Position numbers and translations under genes: made by a program
Part shown: positions 20,737 through 29,449 of the stretch, piece by piece
Numbering within the stretch: the stretch's first letter is position 1
Layout: every line of letters starts with the position of its first letter
Assembly: GCA_963742735.1 (NCBI GenBank)
Contig: CAVUMN010000002.1
Coordinates: 160,694 to 224,693, forward strand
Length of the DNA stretch: 64,000 nt
Direction of reading: 5' to 3'
Origin: an uncultured Actinomycetes bacterium
GTDB lineage: Bacteria > Actinomycetota > UBA4738 > JBBDTT01
The notes under the pieces: generated by a model
Seen by the model: the letters and a program-made list of their open reading frames with translations, nothing else
The model's database searches: none
What the model was told of the DNA's origin: nothing

Positions 20737-21330
20737 TTAGACGGGAAACATCGGGCCGTTGCAGTACGTGGAGCTCGCCGCGGACCAGTACACGGAGATC
20801 CGGGTGTCGGTGACGCCGTCGGCGCACTGGTAGCCGAAGTCACCGGAGCTGGCCGAGTCCAGCACGGGCGCGCCGCCGTCGACGATGTCGCTCCCGGTGC
20901 CGTCGTAGAGCGAGTCCTCGCCGTCCTCGCCGGAGAACTGGTCGTTGCCGGAGGCGCCGATCAGCGTGTCCCTGCCGCCGCTGCCGTACAGGAGGTCGGC
21001 CCCGGCCTCGCCGTAGAGCACGTCGTCCTCGGGAGAGTTCCCTCGCAGCGAGTCGTTGCCGTAGCCGCCGTACAGGCGGTCCTCACCCGAGCCCCCACAG
21101 ATGTAGTCGTTGCCGCCGCCGCCCTCGATCACGTCGTCGCCGCCCCCGCCGTGGATCACGTCGGAGCCCTCGGTGCCCTTGATGAGCTCGCCGCTGGCCC
21201 CGCCGGAGCGCGTCACCGTCCGCCCGAAGCAGGTCGAGGGCGTCTGGGCCCCGACCGGGGCGGGGATCGCCAGCATCGCCAGCACGGCGATGAGCAGCAG
21301 GGCGATGACGAGCGGGCGGCGGGCAGGCAT
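20737..21330 (-). CDS. secreted protein with hemolysin-type Ca-binding repeats
   Basis: Sec signal; tandem GGxGxDxL nonapeptides. Confidence 0.88.
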   Translation of the reverse strand: MPARRPLVIALLLIAVLAMLAIPAPVGAQTPSTCFGRTVTRSGGASGELIKGTEGSDVIHGGGGDDVIEGGGGNDYICGGSGEDRLYGGYGNDSLRGNSPEDDVLYGEAGADLLYGSGGRDTLIGASGNDQFSGEDGEDSLYDGTGSDIVDGGAPVLDSASSGDFGYQCADGVTDTRISVYWSAASSTYCNGPMFPV

Positions 21331-21431
21331 CACGTGTCCATTTCGCCCATTCCAAGTCACTCTCCTGCGTGTGTGACCGGGATCACCCTCTAGTGAATCT
21401 GCGGGTCCCCCGTCCGGGGGAGAATCGGGGC

Positions 21432-22298
21432 ATGGACGCCGGGCGCGAGATCGACAAGCTCTACGACCTGGAGCCCGAGGGCTTCGTGACCGCCCGCGAC
21501 GCGCTGGCCAAGAAGCTCCGCGACGCAGGCCGGGCCGACGACGCCGCCGAGGTCCGGGCCCTGCGCCGGCCGACCGTCGCCGCCTGGGCCCTCAACCGTC
21601 TGGCCCGCGAGCAGGAGAAGCAGCTGGCCGAGCTGTTCGAGGTGGCCCGCGACCTGCGCGTCGCCCAGCGCGGAGCCCTGTCGGGACTGAAGGGCGGCCC
21701 GCTGCGGGAGGCCGCCAAGCGCCGCCGGTCGGTGGTCGATCGTCTCGCCGACGCGGCCGAGGACATCCTGGAGGCCTCCGGCCGCTCGGGATCGCATCGC
21801 GAAGCCATCACGCGAACCCTGGAGTCCGCGATCGGCGACGACGAGGCCGCGGAGGCGCTGCGCACCGGTCGCCTCGAGAAGGAGATCGACCGTCCGCCCG
21901 GGTTCGGCGACCTGACCGGCCTCGCGCCGGTGCCGACCGGCAAGGACGCCGGCGCCCGTAACGCGAAACCGGCAAAGGCCGCCGCGAAGGAGGACCCCCG
22001 CGCCCGGCGGATTCGGACCCAGCGCGACGAGGCCGCCGACGACGCCCGCCGCGCCTCACGAGAGGCGGTCGCCGCGGGGGAGCGCGCGGTCCGGGCCGAG
22101 AAAGAGGCCGAGGCCGCCGCGCGCGCGATCGAGGGCCTCGAGCGCGACCTTCGCGCCGCCCGCCGCCGCGAGCGCGAGGCGGTGGAGGCCGCGCGGGACG
22201 CTACGGCCGGGGTGAAGAAGTCCGAGGCCGCCGCGGAGCGGGCCAGGACCCGGGTCGAGGACCTCCAGGCCCGCCTCGAGAAGCTGATCCGGGGCTAG
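21432..22298 (+). CDS. conserved actinobacterial coiled-coil hypothetical protein
   Basis: LYDLEPEGFVTARDAL...RRPTVAAWALNRL; long Ala/Arg/Glu helix. Confidence 0.75.
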   Translation: MDAGREIDKLYDLEPEGFVTARDALAKKLRDAGRADDAAEVRALRRPTVAAWALNRLAREQEKQLAELFEVARDLRVAQRGALSGLKGGPLREAAKRRRSVVDRLADAAEDILEASGRSGSHREAITRTLESAIGDDEAAEALRTGRLEKEIDRPPGFGDLTGLAPVPTGKDAGARNAKPAKAAAKEDPRARRIRTQRDEAADDARRASREAVAAGERAVRAEKEAEAAARAIEGLERDLRAARRREREAVEAARDATAGVKKSEAAAERARTRVEDLQARLEKLIRG

Positions 22299-23347
22299 CT
22301 CTTCCTCGGATCCTGGTCGGCGATGACCAGCAGCCGGTCGCCGTCCTGGATGCTTCGGTCGCTCGGGGGGTTGATCTCGTAGTCGACCTCGCCGCGAGTC
22401 AGCGCGACCAGGATGCAGTTTCGTTCGGCCTTGAGCCAGGTCAGCGCGCTGGTGAACGTCATGCCGCACACGGCCATCGGGGGGGCGATCTCGTAAAACT
22501 CGGTGCCCCCGGGGTGCGTCAGAAGGTCGGTCACGGCATGGCTGATCCCGTGGTTGATCGCCGACGAGGCCAGCAGCGCTCCGGTCAGCTCCGCGCTGAC
22601 GACCATCTCGTCCGCCTTCGCCCGCTGGAAGTGCTGGCGGTTCTGAGACTTGATGACCTCGACGCAGGTGTGCACGTCGGGATTGATCGACTCCACCGCC
22701 AGGGTGGCCAGGAGCGTTTTGGCGTCCATCTCGTCGGCGTCGAGGGCGGGGTTGGTCTCGTCGGCCAGGATGATGGCGGTGTCGGCCCGCTCGATGCCGG
22801 CCCGGTGCAGGTCGTCGGCGTTCGACGGGTTCCCGCGGATGAACGTCGTCAACGGGTCGGCGCTCGGGGTGACCTCCAGGTTCGCCAGGATCACCACCGC
22901 GCGCTTGTCCTCGACCTCCTCGGCGTGGAGCTCTCGCAGGATCTCTGCCCCCTTCGAGCTCCACCCGCAGATCACGATGTGCCCGCTCGCGCTCGACTCG
23001 CCCATGCCCATGTCCTTCCGTCGGATGATCTCGATGAGCTTCGTGGCCACCGCGCCGGTGGCCAGGGCCACGATCCCGACGCCGGTGATGACGACCACGT
23101 AGAAGAGGAACCGCCCGACCCCGGTCTCCACCTCGAACGCCGGCTCACCCTGCAGCAGCGTCTGCGTCACCCACCGGAACGCCTCCCAGATGTCCGGGCT
23201 GTCCTCGAAGATGTAGAAGACGACGGCGCACACCACCAGGAGCGCGACGGAGATGAGGATGCCGAGCACCAGGCCGCGCTGGAGCGAGCCGGCCGCGATC
23301 AGCCGAAGCCGTTGCATCGCTCGCATGCGGTGGTGCCGTGCGGCCAT
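22295..23347 (-). CDS. 2-TM ion-channel-like protein with TrkA-N/TrkA-C (RCK) domains
   Basis: Two TM helices with pore segment; HIVICGWS; C-terminal GDRLLVI. Confidence 0.85.
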   Translation of the reverse strand: MAARHHRMRAMQRLRLIAAGSLQRGLVLGILISVALLVVCAVVFYIFEDSPDIWEAFRWVTQTLLQGEPAFEVETGVGRFLFYVVVITGVGIVALATGAVATKLIEIIRRKDMGMGESSASGHIVICGWSSKGAEILRELHAEEVEDKRAVVILANLEVTPSADPLTTFIRGNPSNADDLHRAGIERADTAIILADETNPALDADEMDAKTLLATLAVESINPDVHTCVEVIKSQNRQHFQRAKADEMVVSAELTGALLASSAINHGISHAVTDLLTHPGGTEFYEIAPPMAVCGMTFTSALTWLKAERNCILVALTRGEVDYEINPPSDRSIQDGDRLLVIADQDPRKS

Positions 23348-23418
23348 GGCGTGCCTCCGTCGGGGTCGGGGCGCATGCTAGTGGGAAGCGTCACGGGACG
23401 GCGAGCGTTGGAGGGAAG

Positions 23419-24171
23419 GTGCGAGTGATCCGGCGGGCCAAGGAGATCTACCGAAAGCAGGGCGGGTGGTTCGACGCCCGCTGGCACTTCTCGTTCGACG
23501 ATTACCGCGACCCCGAGTGGATGCAGCTCGGCGCGCTGCGCGTGTTCAACGACGACCGCCTGGTCCCCGGCGCGATCTGGCCCATGCATCCCCACCGCGA
23601 CATCGAGGGCCTGACCTACGTCCCCGAGGGCACGTTCCGCCACGAGGACGACATCGGAACCGGTGGCGTGCTGCCCGAAGGATCGGTGCAGCGCATGACC
23701 CTCGGCCGCGGCGCGTGGCACTCCGAGCAGAACGCCTCGGAGACCGAGCCGCTGCGGTTCATACAGATGTGGATCCTGCCGGACGGGGGCGGGCTCGAGC
23801 CGAGCTGCGAGCAGCGGGCGTGGTCGAAGGCCGACCACGCCGACCGGCTCCACCGGGTCATGGCCCCCGAGGGCTCCGGCGACCCCGACGCGGTGAGCAT
23901 CCACCAGGACGCCTCGGTCTACGTCGGCGTGCTCTCGCCCGGCGTCGAGGTCTCCCACGAGTTCTCCGGCCCTCGCCGGGGCGGCTACCTGTACCTGATC
24001 GACGGCCGCGCGACCGTCGACGGCGCCGAGCTGTCCACCGGCGACGCCATCAGGTTCGAGGGGGAGACCGGGTTCTCGCTGCGCGCCGAGGACGCGGCCG
24101 AGGTGATCCTGGTCGACGTCCCTCTCGACTTCGAGCTGGTGGGCGTATGGGCGCGGATGCGGGGGGGCTGA
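23419..24171 (+). CDS. pirin family protein
   Basis: HFSFDDY, LRVFNDD, HPHRDIE, HSEQN, FIQMWILP. Confidence 0.92.
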   Translation: MRVIRRAKEIYRKQGGWFDARWHFSFDDYRDPEWMQLGALRVFNDDRLVPGAIWPMHPHRDIEGLTYVPEGTFRHEDDIGTGGVLPEGSVQRMTLGRGAWHSEQNASETEPLRFIQMWILPDGGGLEPSCEQRAWSKADHADRLHRVMAPEGSGDPDAVSIHQDASVYVGVLSPGVEVSHEFSGPRRGGYLYLIDGRATVDGAELSTGDAIRFEGETGFSLRAEDAAEVILVDVPLDFELVGVWARMRGG

Positions 24172-24196
24172 ACGCGTAATTCCACCCTTGTGGGTT

Positions 24197-24212
24197 TCGA
24201 ACAGACGTTCTA
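24197..24212 (+). promoter_or_regulatory. LexA (SOS) box
   Basis: TCGAAC-AGAC-GTTCTA, one mismatch to actinobacterial TCGAAC-N4-GTTCGA; lies between TTGTGG and TAGTCT promoter boxes. Confidence 0.8.
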
Positions 24213-24225
24213 GTCTTGTCGGTCC

Positions 24226-25221
24226 GTGGACCGCGAGCCGCTCTTCGAGCTGAGGCGTACGACCCTCGACACTCCGGAGTTCCGGGGCATCGAGTTCATC
24301 GAGGCCGAGTGCAAGACGATCATCAACCACGTCCCCGGCAAGTTCCTCCCGTTCAGCTGGACCATCAACCCGTACCGAGGCTGCAGCCATGCCTGTGTCT
24401 ACTGCTTCGCTCGCGTCACCCATACCTACATGGACATGGACGCGGGCCGGGACTTCGAATCGAAGATCGTCGTGAAGGTCAACGGGCCGCAGGTCCTGCG
24501 GCGTCAGCTCGCGGCGAAGCGGTGGAAGGGCGAGCACATCGCCATGGGCACGGCGACCGATCCGTACCAGCGCGCCGAGGGCCGCTACAAGCTGATGCCG
24601 CAGATCATCGAGGCGCTCAAGGATTACCGGAACCCGTTCTCCATCCTCACCAAGGGAACCCTGATCCTGCGGGACCTGGACCTGCTGGTCGAGGCGGCGA
24701 AGGTCTCCGAGGTCTCGACCGCGTTCTCCATCGGCACCCTCGACGAGGCCGCGTGGAAGGCCAGCGAGCCGGGTACGCCGCATCCCCGCAAACGCCTGGA
24801 GGCGGTGGCCGCGCTGAACCAGGCCGGCATCCCGTGCGGGGTGTTGATCGCGCCGATCCTGCCCGGCATCACCGATTCGCCCGAGCAGCTGCGCGAGGTC
24901 GTGGAGGGCTGTATCGGGGCCGGCGCCACCCACGCGTCGCCGATCCTGCTCCACCTGCGCCCGGGAATCCGCGAGGAGTACATGCCGTGGCTGGCCGAGC
25001 ACTACCCGGATCTGGTCCCGCGCTACGAATCGATGTACACGGCCCGCTCGGGCTACGCGGCGAAGGCCGAACAGCGGGAGCTGGGGGATCGGGTTCACGC
25101 GATCGTGCGCGAGGCCGGCGGGTTCCGGCCCCCGCCCGCGGCCCTCGCCGCGCGGTTCCGCCGGGGGGAGAACGGTCGCCGAACCGCGCCCAAGCCGCCC
25201 GAGCAACTGTCGCTCCTGTAG
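24226..25221 (+). CDS. Rv2578c-family (SplB-like) radical SAM protein
   Basis: INPYRGCSHACVYCFAR, TDPYQRAEG, ILTKG. Confidence 0.92.
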   Translation: MDREPLFELRRTTLDTPEFRGIEFIEAECKTIINHVPGKFLPFSWTINPYRGCSHACVYCFARVTHTYMDMDAGRDFESKIVVKVNGPQVLRRQLAAKRWKGEHIAMGTATDPYQRAEGRYKLMPQIIEALKDYRNPFSILTKGTLILRDLDLLVEAAKVSEVSTAFSIGTLDEAAWKASEPGTPHPRKRLEAVAALNQAGIPCGVLIAPILPGITDSPEQLREVVEGCIGAGATHASPILLHLRPGIREEYMPWLAEHYPDLVPRYESMYTARSGYAAKAEQRELGDRVHAIVREAGGFRPPPAALAARFRRGENGRRTAPKPPEQLSLL

Positions 25222-25237
25222 CGGTACCCTCCGGCGC

Positions 25238-25314
25238 GGGGCGGTAGCTCAGTTGGTCAGAGCAGCGGACTCATAATCCGTCGGTCGGTGGTTCGAGTCC
25301 ACCCCGCCCCACCA
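25238..25314 (+). tRNA. tRNA with CAT anticodon, probably tRNA-Ile2
   Basis: GGGGCGG...GGACTCATAATCC...CCGCCCCACCA; lacks initiator features. Confidence 0.92.
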
Positions 25315-25319
25315 GCGCC

Positions 25320-25669
25320 TGTCGTGTTCCGGGTGATGCTGGACGTTCCGGCGTCACCTGATCCTGGACACGGCTTCGGCTGATCCTTGACACCTGTTTC
25401 GGGTGATCCTTGACGGTGGCTTCGGCTGATGCTTGACGTCGCGCCGCAGTGGTTTCTCCTTGTTGGAGTCGACGAGGAGGAGGTACGGCGGTGCTGGTGG
25501 AGCTCAGCGTCATGGAGCAGCGGTACCAGGCGGTCCTGGCGGTGGTCCAGGATGGATGGACGGTCGTGGAGGTCGCTCGACGCCTCGGTGTCTCGAGGCA
25601 GAGCGTCCACGCTTGGATCGCCCGCTATCAGCCGACTACAAAGCGTCAAGCATCAGGTGGCACTTGACA
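25320..25669 (+). mobile_element. internally deleted IS481-family element, 350 bp
   Basis: TGT...ACA ends with imperfect terminal IR; transposase N-terminus only (LVELSVMEQRYQAVLAV...VARRLGVSRQSVHAWIARY); 15-bp flanking direct repeat. Confidence 0.85.
25333..25437 (+). repeat. five STGATSCTKGAC subterminal repeats, period 22-25 bp
   Basis: TGAT cores at 25334, 25359, 25381, 25404, 25427; one inverted copy GTCAAGCATCAG near the right end. Confidence 0.85.
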
Positions 25670-25711
25670 CGCCCCACCAGCGCCTTCGTCGTTGCGTATT
25701 GTGCGTCCGTT

Positions 25712-26188
25712 TTGACCGAACCCGGCAAGGGTACCGATCCTGCGGCGCCCCTGTGCCGTGCAGAGGTTGGAGGCGTCATCGATATCGCCCGCTCGTTCCG
25801 GGCTCACCCCGCCTCCTTGCATGCCGTACGCGAGTTCGTTCGCGAACAGGCCTTCTTCGCCGACGTCGGACCCATCGCCGACGACTTGATCCTGGCGGCC
25901 TCCGAGGCCGCGGCGAACTGCATCGTGCATTCCAACACCGACGTCATCGAGGTTCGCGTCCGCGCCGACGCGGATACGGTCGAGGTCGAGGTCGCCGACC
26001 GCGGCGTCTTCAAGCGGCGCGTGCCGGCGGCCATCGACGAGGGCGGCCGGGGGATCTTCATGATGATGGCGCTGATGGACGAGGTGGGCATCCGTCAGGG
26101 GAGCACGAACGACCCCGGGACCGTGGTGACGCTACGAAAGCGCTCGGGCCGTCAGCTGGCCCGGACCTCGCGCTCCGCCAGCGCCTGA
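25712..26188 (+). CDS. RsbW-like anti-sigma factor (HATPase_c_2); start uncertain
   Basis: LAASEAAANCIVHS, VEVADRG, GGRGIFMM, GTVVTL. Confidence 0.85.
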   Translation: MTEPGKGTDPAAPLCRAEVGGVIDIARSFRAHPASLHAVREFVREQAFFADVGPIADDLILAASEAAANCIVHSNTDVIEVRVRADADTVEVEVADRGVFKRRVPAAIDEGGRGIFMMMALMDEVGIRQGSTNDPGTVVTLRKRSGRQLARTSRSASA

Positions 26189-26583
26189 TCCTTCACGCAG
26201 AACCTGGCCGCGGGCAGGGTCCCGAGCCGGGCCGCGGGGATCGCCCGGTGGCAGGCCTCGCACCGTCCGTACGTCTTGTCCCTCACTCGCTCCAGGGCCC
26301 GCTCGACGTCGAGCAGGTCCGCCTCGACGCTGGTGAGGATCGAGTACGTCTTGGTCTGCTCGAACTGCTCGGTCCCCATGTCGGCCGGATGCAGGCCGTT
26401 CATGGAGAGCTCGGCCGGCACCTCTCGAAGCTCGCCGTCGTCGCCGGGCGTCTCGTTGACCATGTCCGAGCGCATCGCGTCGCGCATCGCGATCAGGCGG
26501 GCGCGCTCCTGCTTCAGGCGCTGCCGTACGTGCTTGAGGTCCATGTCGGCTCCCGTCGGCTCGGGGGTGCGGTGCCGCTTCAT
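26152..26583 (-). CDS. TraR/DksA family zinc-finger protein
   Basis: HPADMGTE, ALERV...YGRCEACHRAIPAARL...ARFCVKD. Confidence 0.88.
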   Translation of the reverse strand: MKRHRTPEPTGADMDLKHVRQRLKQERARLIAMRDAMRSDMVNETPGDDGELREVPAELSMNGLHPADMGTEQFEQTKTYSILTSVEADLLDVERALERVRDKTYGRCEACHRAIPAARLGTLPAARFCVKDQALAEREVRAS

Positions 26584-26612
26584 ACCCACCCCCGGCCGGG
26601 GGCAACCGTCGC

Positions 26613-27404
26613 CTAGCGGCCGTTGAACCGAGGCTTGCGCTTCTCCATGAACGCCGCGACCGCCTCGCGATGGTCCTCGCTCTCCACGCACATCGTCTGG
26701 GCGTGGGCGGCCTGCTCGAACTCGGCCTCGATGGTCTGGTCGAACGCCCGGTCGATCAGGCTCTTCGACAGGCTCACCGGGATCGGCGGGGCGGCCAGAA
26801 GCTCCCGGGAAAACGCCTCGGCCTCCTTGGCCAGGGTGTCGGCCGAGACCACCCGGTTGGCCAGACCGATGCGCTCGGCCTCCTCGGCGTTGATGGGCCG
26901 TCCCGTCCACACGAGCTCCTTGGCCCGCGCCGGCCCCACCAGCCGCGTCAGGCGGTGGTTCCCGCCCAGGTCTGGGACCAGGCTGAACTTGATCTCGAAC
27001 ATCCCCATGGTCACGTCGTCGGCCGCGACACGCAGGTCGCACGCCAGCGCGACCTGGAACCCGGCGCCGACCGCGTGGCCCTGTACCGCGGCGACGGTCG
27101 GCTTGTCCATGGTCGCCAGCACGTGGAAGCCCTTCTGCGCTCCGCGCACCCACGTCCGGAAGCGCGCGCCGCGCGAGCCGGCGAGCTGGCCCATCAGGTT
27201 CACGTCGATCCCCGCGCAGAACGAGGACCCCTCGCCGCGAACGAGCACCACCCGGACGCCCGGGTCCGCCGCCGCGCGCTCCGCCGCCTCGCCCAGGTCG
27301 GTGAACATCTGCGCGTTCATGGCGTTGCGCTTGTCCGGGCGGTTGAGCGTGATCGTCGCCAGCCCGTCGTGGATGTCGTAGCGAAGCGTCTCGAACTCGG
27401 ACAC
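26613..27404 (-). CDS. enoyl-CoA hydratase/isomerase
   Basis: ITLNRPDKRNAM, FCAGID, KPTVAAVQGHAVGAG, EKRKPRF. Confidence 0.93.
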   Translation of the reverse strand: MSEFETLRYDIHDGLATITLNRPDKRNAMNAQMFTDLGEAAERAAADPGVRVVLVRGEGSSFCAGIDVNLMGQLAGSRGARFRTWVRGAQKGFHVLATMDKPTVAAVQGHAVGAGFQVALACDLRVAADDVTMGMFEIKFSLVPDLGGNHRLTRLVGPARAKELVWTGRPINAEEAERIGLANRVVSADTLAKEAEAFSRELLAAPPIPVSLSKSLIDRAFDQTIEAEFEQAAHAQTMCVESEDHREAVAAFMEKRKPRFNGR

Positions 27405-27475
27405 GGGTCTCCTCCTCGAAGTCGAGCTTCATCGTCCCACCGGGCCGGGGCGGGGACAAACGCTATCCTCGCCCG

Positions 27476-27730
27476 ATGCAACGGGCCGCCTGCCACCTGT
27501 GCGGCCGGCCGACCTACGACCCGGACAAGCGGGAGCGGCCCTGGGCCCGCGCGGTGAGCGGGGGGCGCGTGGCCCTGGTGTGTCCCACGTGCCAGGCGGA
27601 TCGGCCGGACTGGACGTCGTCGGTCGATCGGTGCTCGAGCTGCGGGAGCCACCGGCTGTCGCTGACCCTCGGCGACGTGGTGTGCCGGCAGTGCGGCGCG
27701 GTCTCCACCCTCGAGGCACGGGCCGAGTAG
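27476..27730 (+). CDS. small protein with four CxxC motifs (double Zn ribbon)
   Basis: CHLC, CPTC, CSSC, CRQC; TATCCT -10 six nt upstream. Confidence 0.75.
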   Translation: MQRAACHLCGRPTYDPDKRERPWARAVSGGRVALVCPTCQADRPDWTSSVDRCSSCGSHRLSLTLGDVVCRQCGAVSTLEARAE

Positions 27731-27742
27731 CCTCTAGCTCCC

Positions 27743-27814
27743 GGGCGCTTAGCTCAGCGGGAGAGCGCCGCCCTTACAAGGCGGAGGTCGGTGGTTCGAT
27801 ACCACCAGCGCCCA
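27743..27814 (+). tRNA. tRNA-Val (TAC)
   Basis: GGGCGCT...CTTACAA...GTTCGAT...AGCGCCCA. Confidence 0.97.
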
Positions 27815-27826
27815 CGAAGATCCCGG

Positions 27827-27871
27827 TTGACACTGCCATTCGGAACGTTCTAACATTTCAGAACGTTCGGA
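27827..27871 (+). promoter_or_regulatory. promoter with tandem palindromic operators
   Basis: TTGACA (27827-32), TAACAT (27851-56); GAACGTTC at 27843-50 and 27861-68. Confidence 0.7.
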
Positions 27872-27884
27872 TGGAGGTGCGTAC

Positions 27885-28418
27885 ATGGAGATCGAGCGGG
27901 CACGGAGACTGTTCGTCGACGGGATCGGGGCTGCGGCGGCGACCTCGGGGATCCTGAACCAGCTCCAGGGACGCATCTTCGGCCTCCTGTACCTGCAACG
28001 GCAGCCGCTGTCCCTCGATGCGATCTGCGAGGCCCTTCAGCAGTCGAAGAGCAACGTCTCGGTCAACGTACGTGAGCTCGTGGAATGGAACCTCGTCCGC
28101 CAGATCCATCAGGCCGGCTCCCGCAAGGATCACTACGAGGCCGCGACGGACTTCTGGCGCGTGATGCGCGAGATCATGGAGCGGCGGTTTCGATGGAACA
28201 TCCGCCAGGTCCTCGCCACGGTGTCGGAGACGGAGCGCGCCGCGAAGATGCGCCCCTCCAAGACGGCGACCGAGGACGCAGTCTTCCTCGCCTCCCGCCT
28301 GGACGCGCTCCGCGAGTTCGCCGAGGCGGTCGACGAGGGCGTGGAGGCCTTCGCCGAGGGCCGGCCGTTCACGTCCGAGCCGCTGCAGCGGATCCGGGTG
28401 ATAGGCGGGAGCGAATGA
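27885..28418 (+). CDS. GbsR/MarR-type transcriptional regulator
   Basis: GRIFGLLYL...SLDAICEALQQSKSNVS...RKDHYEA. Confidence 0.88.
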   Translation: MEIERARRLFVDGIGAAAATSGILNQLQGRIFGLLYLQRQPLSLDAICEALQQSKSNVSVNVRELVEWNLVRQIHQAGSRKDHYEAATDFWRVMREIMERRFRWNIRQVLATVSETERAAKMRPSKTATEDAVFLASRLDALREFAEAVDEGVEAFAEGRPFTSEPLQRIRVIGGSE

Positions 28419-29014
28419 GGCTCGCCGAGACCGAGCACACGTCCCGGCCCTGGCGGATCCACGAGCTCACCCCGGACTTCCGGCTCGAGGACGTGTGGGC
28501 GATGCCCACGCCGGGCGGCCCGGACGACTTCCCCCGGCTGGTGCGGCTGGCGGCCGCGCTCGACCCGGCGCGGAGCCCCTCCCGCGCCGTCCGCGCGCTC
28601 TTCGCGCTCCGGTGGAAGCTCGGAGGGCTGCTCGGCCTGGACGACCCGGACACCGGCCTCGGCTCCAGGGTGCCGACGCTCCGGGACCGGCTCCCGGCGG
28701 ACCTGCGCGAGGACTACTCCGGCCCGGACTTCACCCTTCCCTTCACCCCGCTGTACCTGCTCGAGGACGAGTTCGCCGCGGAGATCGCCAACCGGACCAT
28801 GCACGGCGTCCTGCACCTCGGCTGGGTCCCGGACGGGGAGGGCGGCTACCGCGGCCAGATGGCCATCCTGGTGAAGCGCAACGGACTGCTCGGATTCGCC
28901 TACATGGCCGCGATCAGGCCGTTCCGCCACCTGCTCGTCTACCCGCCCGCGATGCGGGCGTTCGGCCGGGCCTGGCGGTCGAACGCTGCGTCGGTATCCA
29001 CGGTCGCCCCGTAG
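28415..29014 (+). CDS. DUF2867 family protein
   Basis: PWRIHELTPDFRLEDVW, EIANRTMHGVLHLGW, YMAAIRPFRH. Confidence 0.8.
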   Translation: MRLAETEHTSRPWRIHELTPDFRLEDVWAMPTPGGPDDFPRLVRLAAALDPARSPSRAVRALFALRWKLGGLLGLDDPDTGLGSRVPTLRDRLPADLREDYSGPDFTLPFTPLYLLEDEFAAEIANRTMHGVLHLGWVPDGEGGYRGQMAILVKRNGLLGFAYMAAIRPFRHLLVYPPAMRAFGRAWRSNAASVSTVAP

Positions 29015-29027
29015 GACCGGAGGAATC

Positions 29028-29444
29028 ATGAACCTGAAGCTGGCCACTGTTGCCTTCACGGCGGCCCTCGGCGTCCACGGAGCCGACCATCTCCGCAGGG
29101 GTGTGGAGGTGGTGCAGCCGGCCGTGTTCATCGGCGGCGCACTGCAGGCGGCCGTCGCGGTCGTCGTGCTGGGGTTGGTCCTGCGCGAGCATCCGTCCTC
29201 GGCGGCCTGGGCGATGGGGCTCGGGTTCGGCAGCGTGATCGTCTTCGCGCAGGCCCACGTGCTCCCGCACTGGGGCCCGCTCAGCGACTCGTTCCTTTCC
29301 GCCCCCCGGGTGACCCCGTTCTCCTGGGTGACCGCGGTGCTGGAGATGGGGATGGGGCTCGTGCTGGGCCTCGTCGCGATGCGAACCCGGCGAGGCCGGG
29401 ACCGGCGGACATACGCCGGCGGGCCGGCAACGGCGGAGGCGTAG
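29028..29444 (+). CDS. 4-TM membrane protein
   Basis: Four hydrophobic segments; HGADH and AHVLPHW. Confidence 0.75.
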   Translation: MNLKLATVAFTAALGVHGADHLRRGVEVVQPAVFIGGALQAAVAVVVLGLVLREHPSSAAWAMGLGFGSVIVFAQAHVLPHWGPLSDSFLSAPRVTPFSWVTAVLEMGMGLVLGLVAMRTRRGRDRRTYAGGPATAEA

Positions 29445-29449
29445 CTCCG

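Noticed and set aside
20737-21330. RTX toxin
   Set aside because: Short Sec-exported protein of Ca-binding repeats only; no toxin domain or type I secretion genes
25238-25314. tRNA-Met
   Set aside because: No GGG/CCC anticodon stem or 1-72 mismatch of the initiator; sequence resembles actinobacterial tRNA-Ile2, though elongator Met is not fully excluded
25333-25437. Regularly spaced repeats as a CRISPR array
   Set aside because: Units are ~12 bp with ~11-bp spacers, there are no cas genes, and they lie inside IS481-type ends with an inverted copy at the other end
25305-25684. tRNA 3'-end duplication as prophage attL/attR
   Set aside because: No integrase; repeats abut TGT/ACA termini around a transposase fragment, fitting a target duplication better
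27843-27868. GAAC/GTTC motifs as SOS boxes
   Set aside because: Spacer is 0 nt rather than the 4 nt LexA requires; more likely the adjacent regulator's operator
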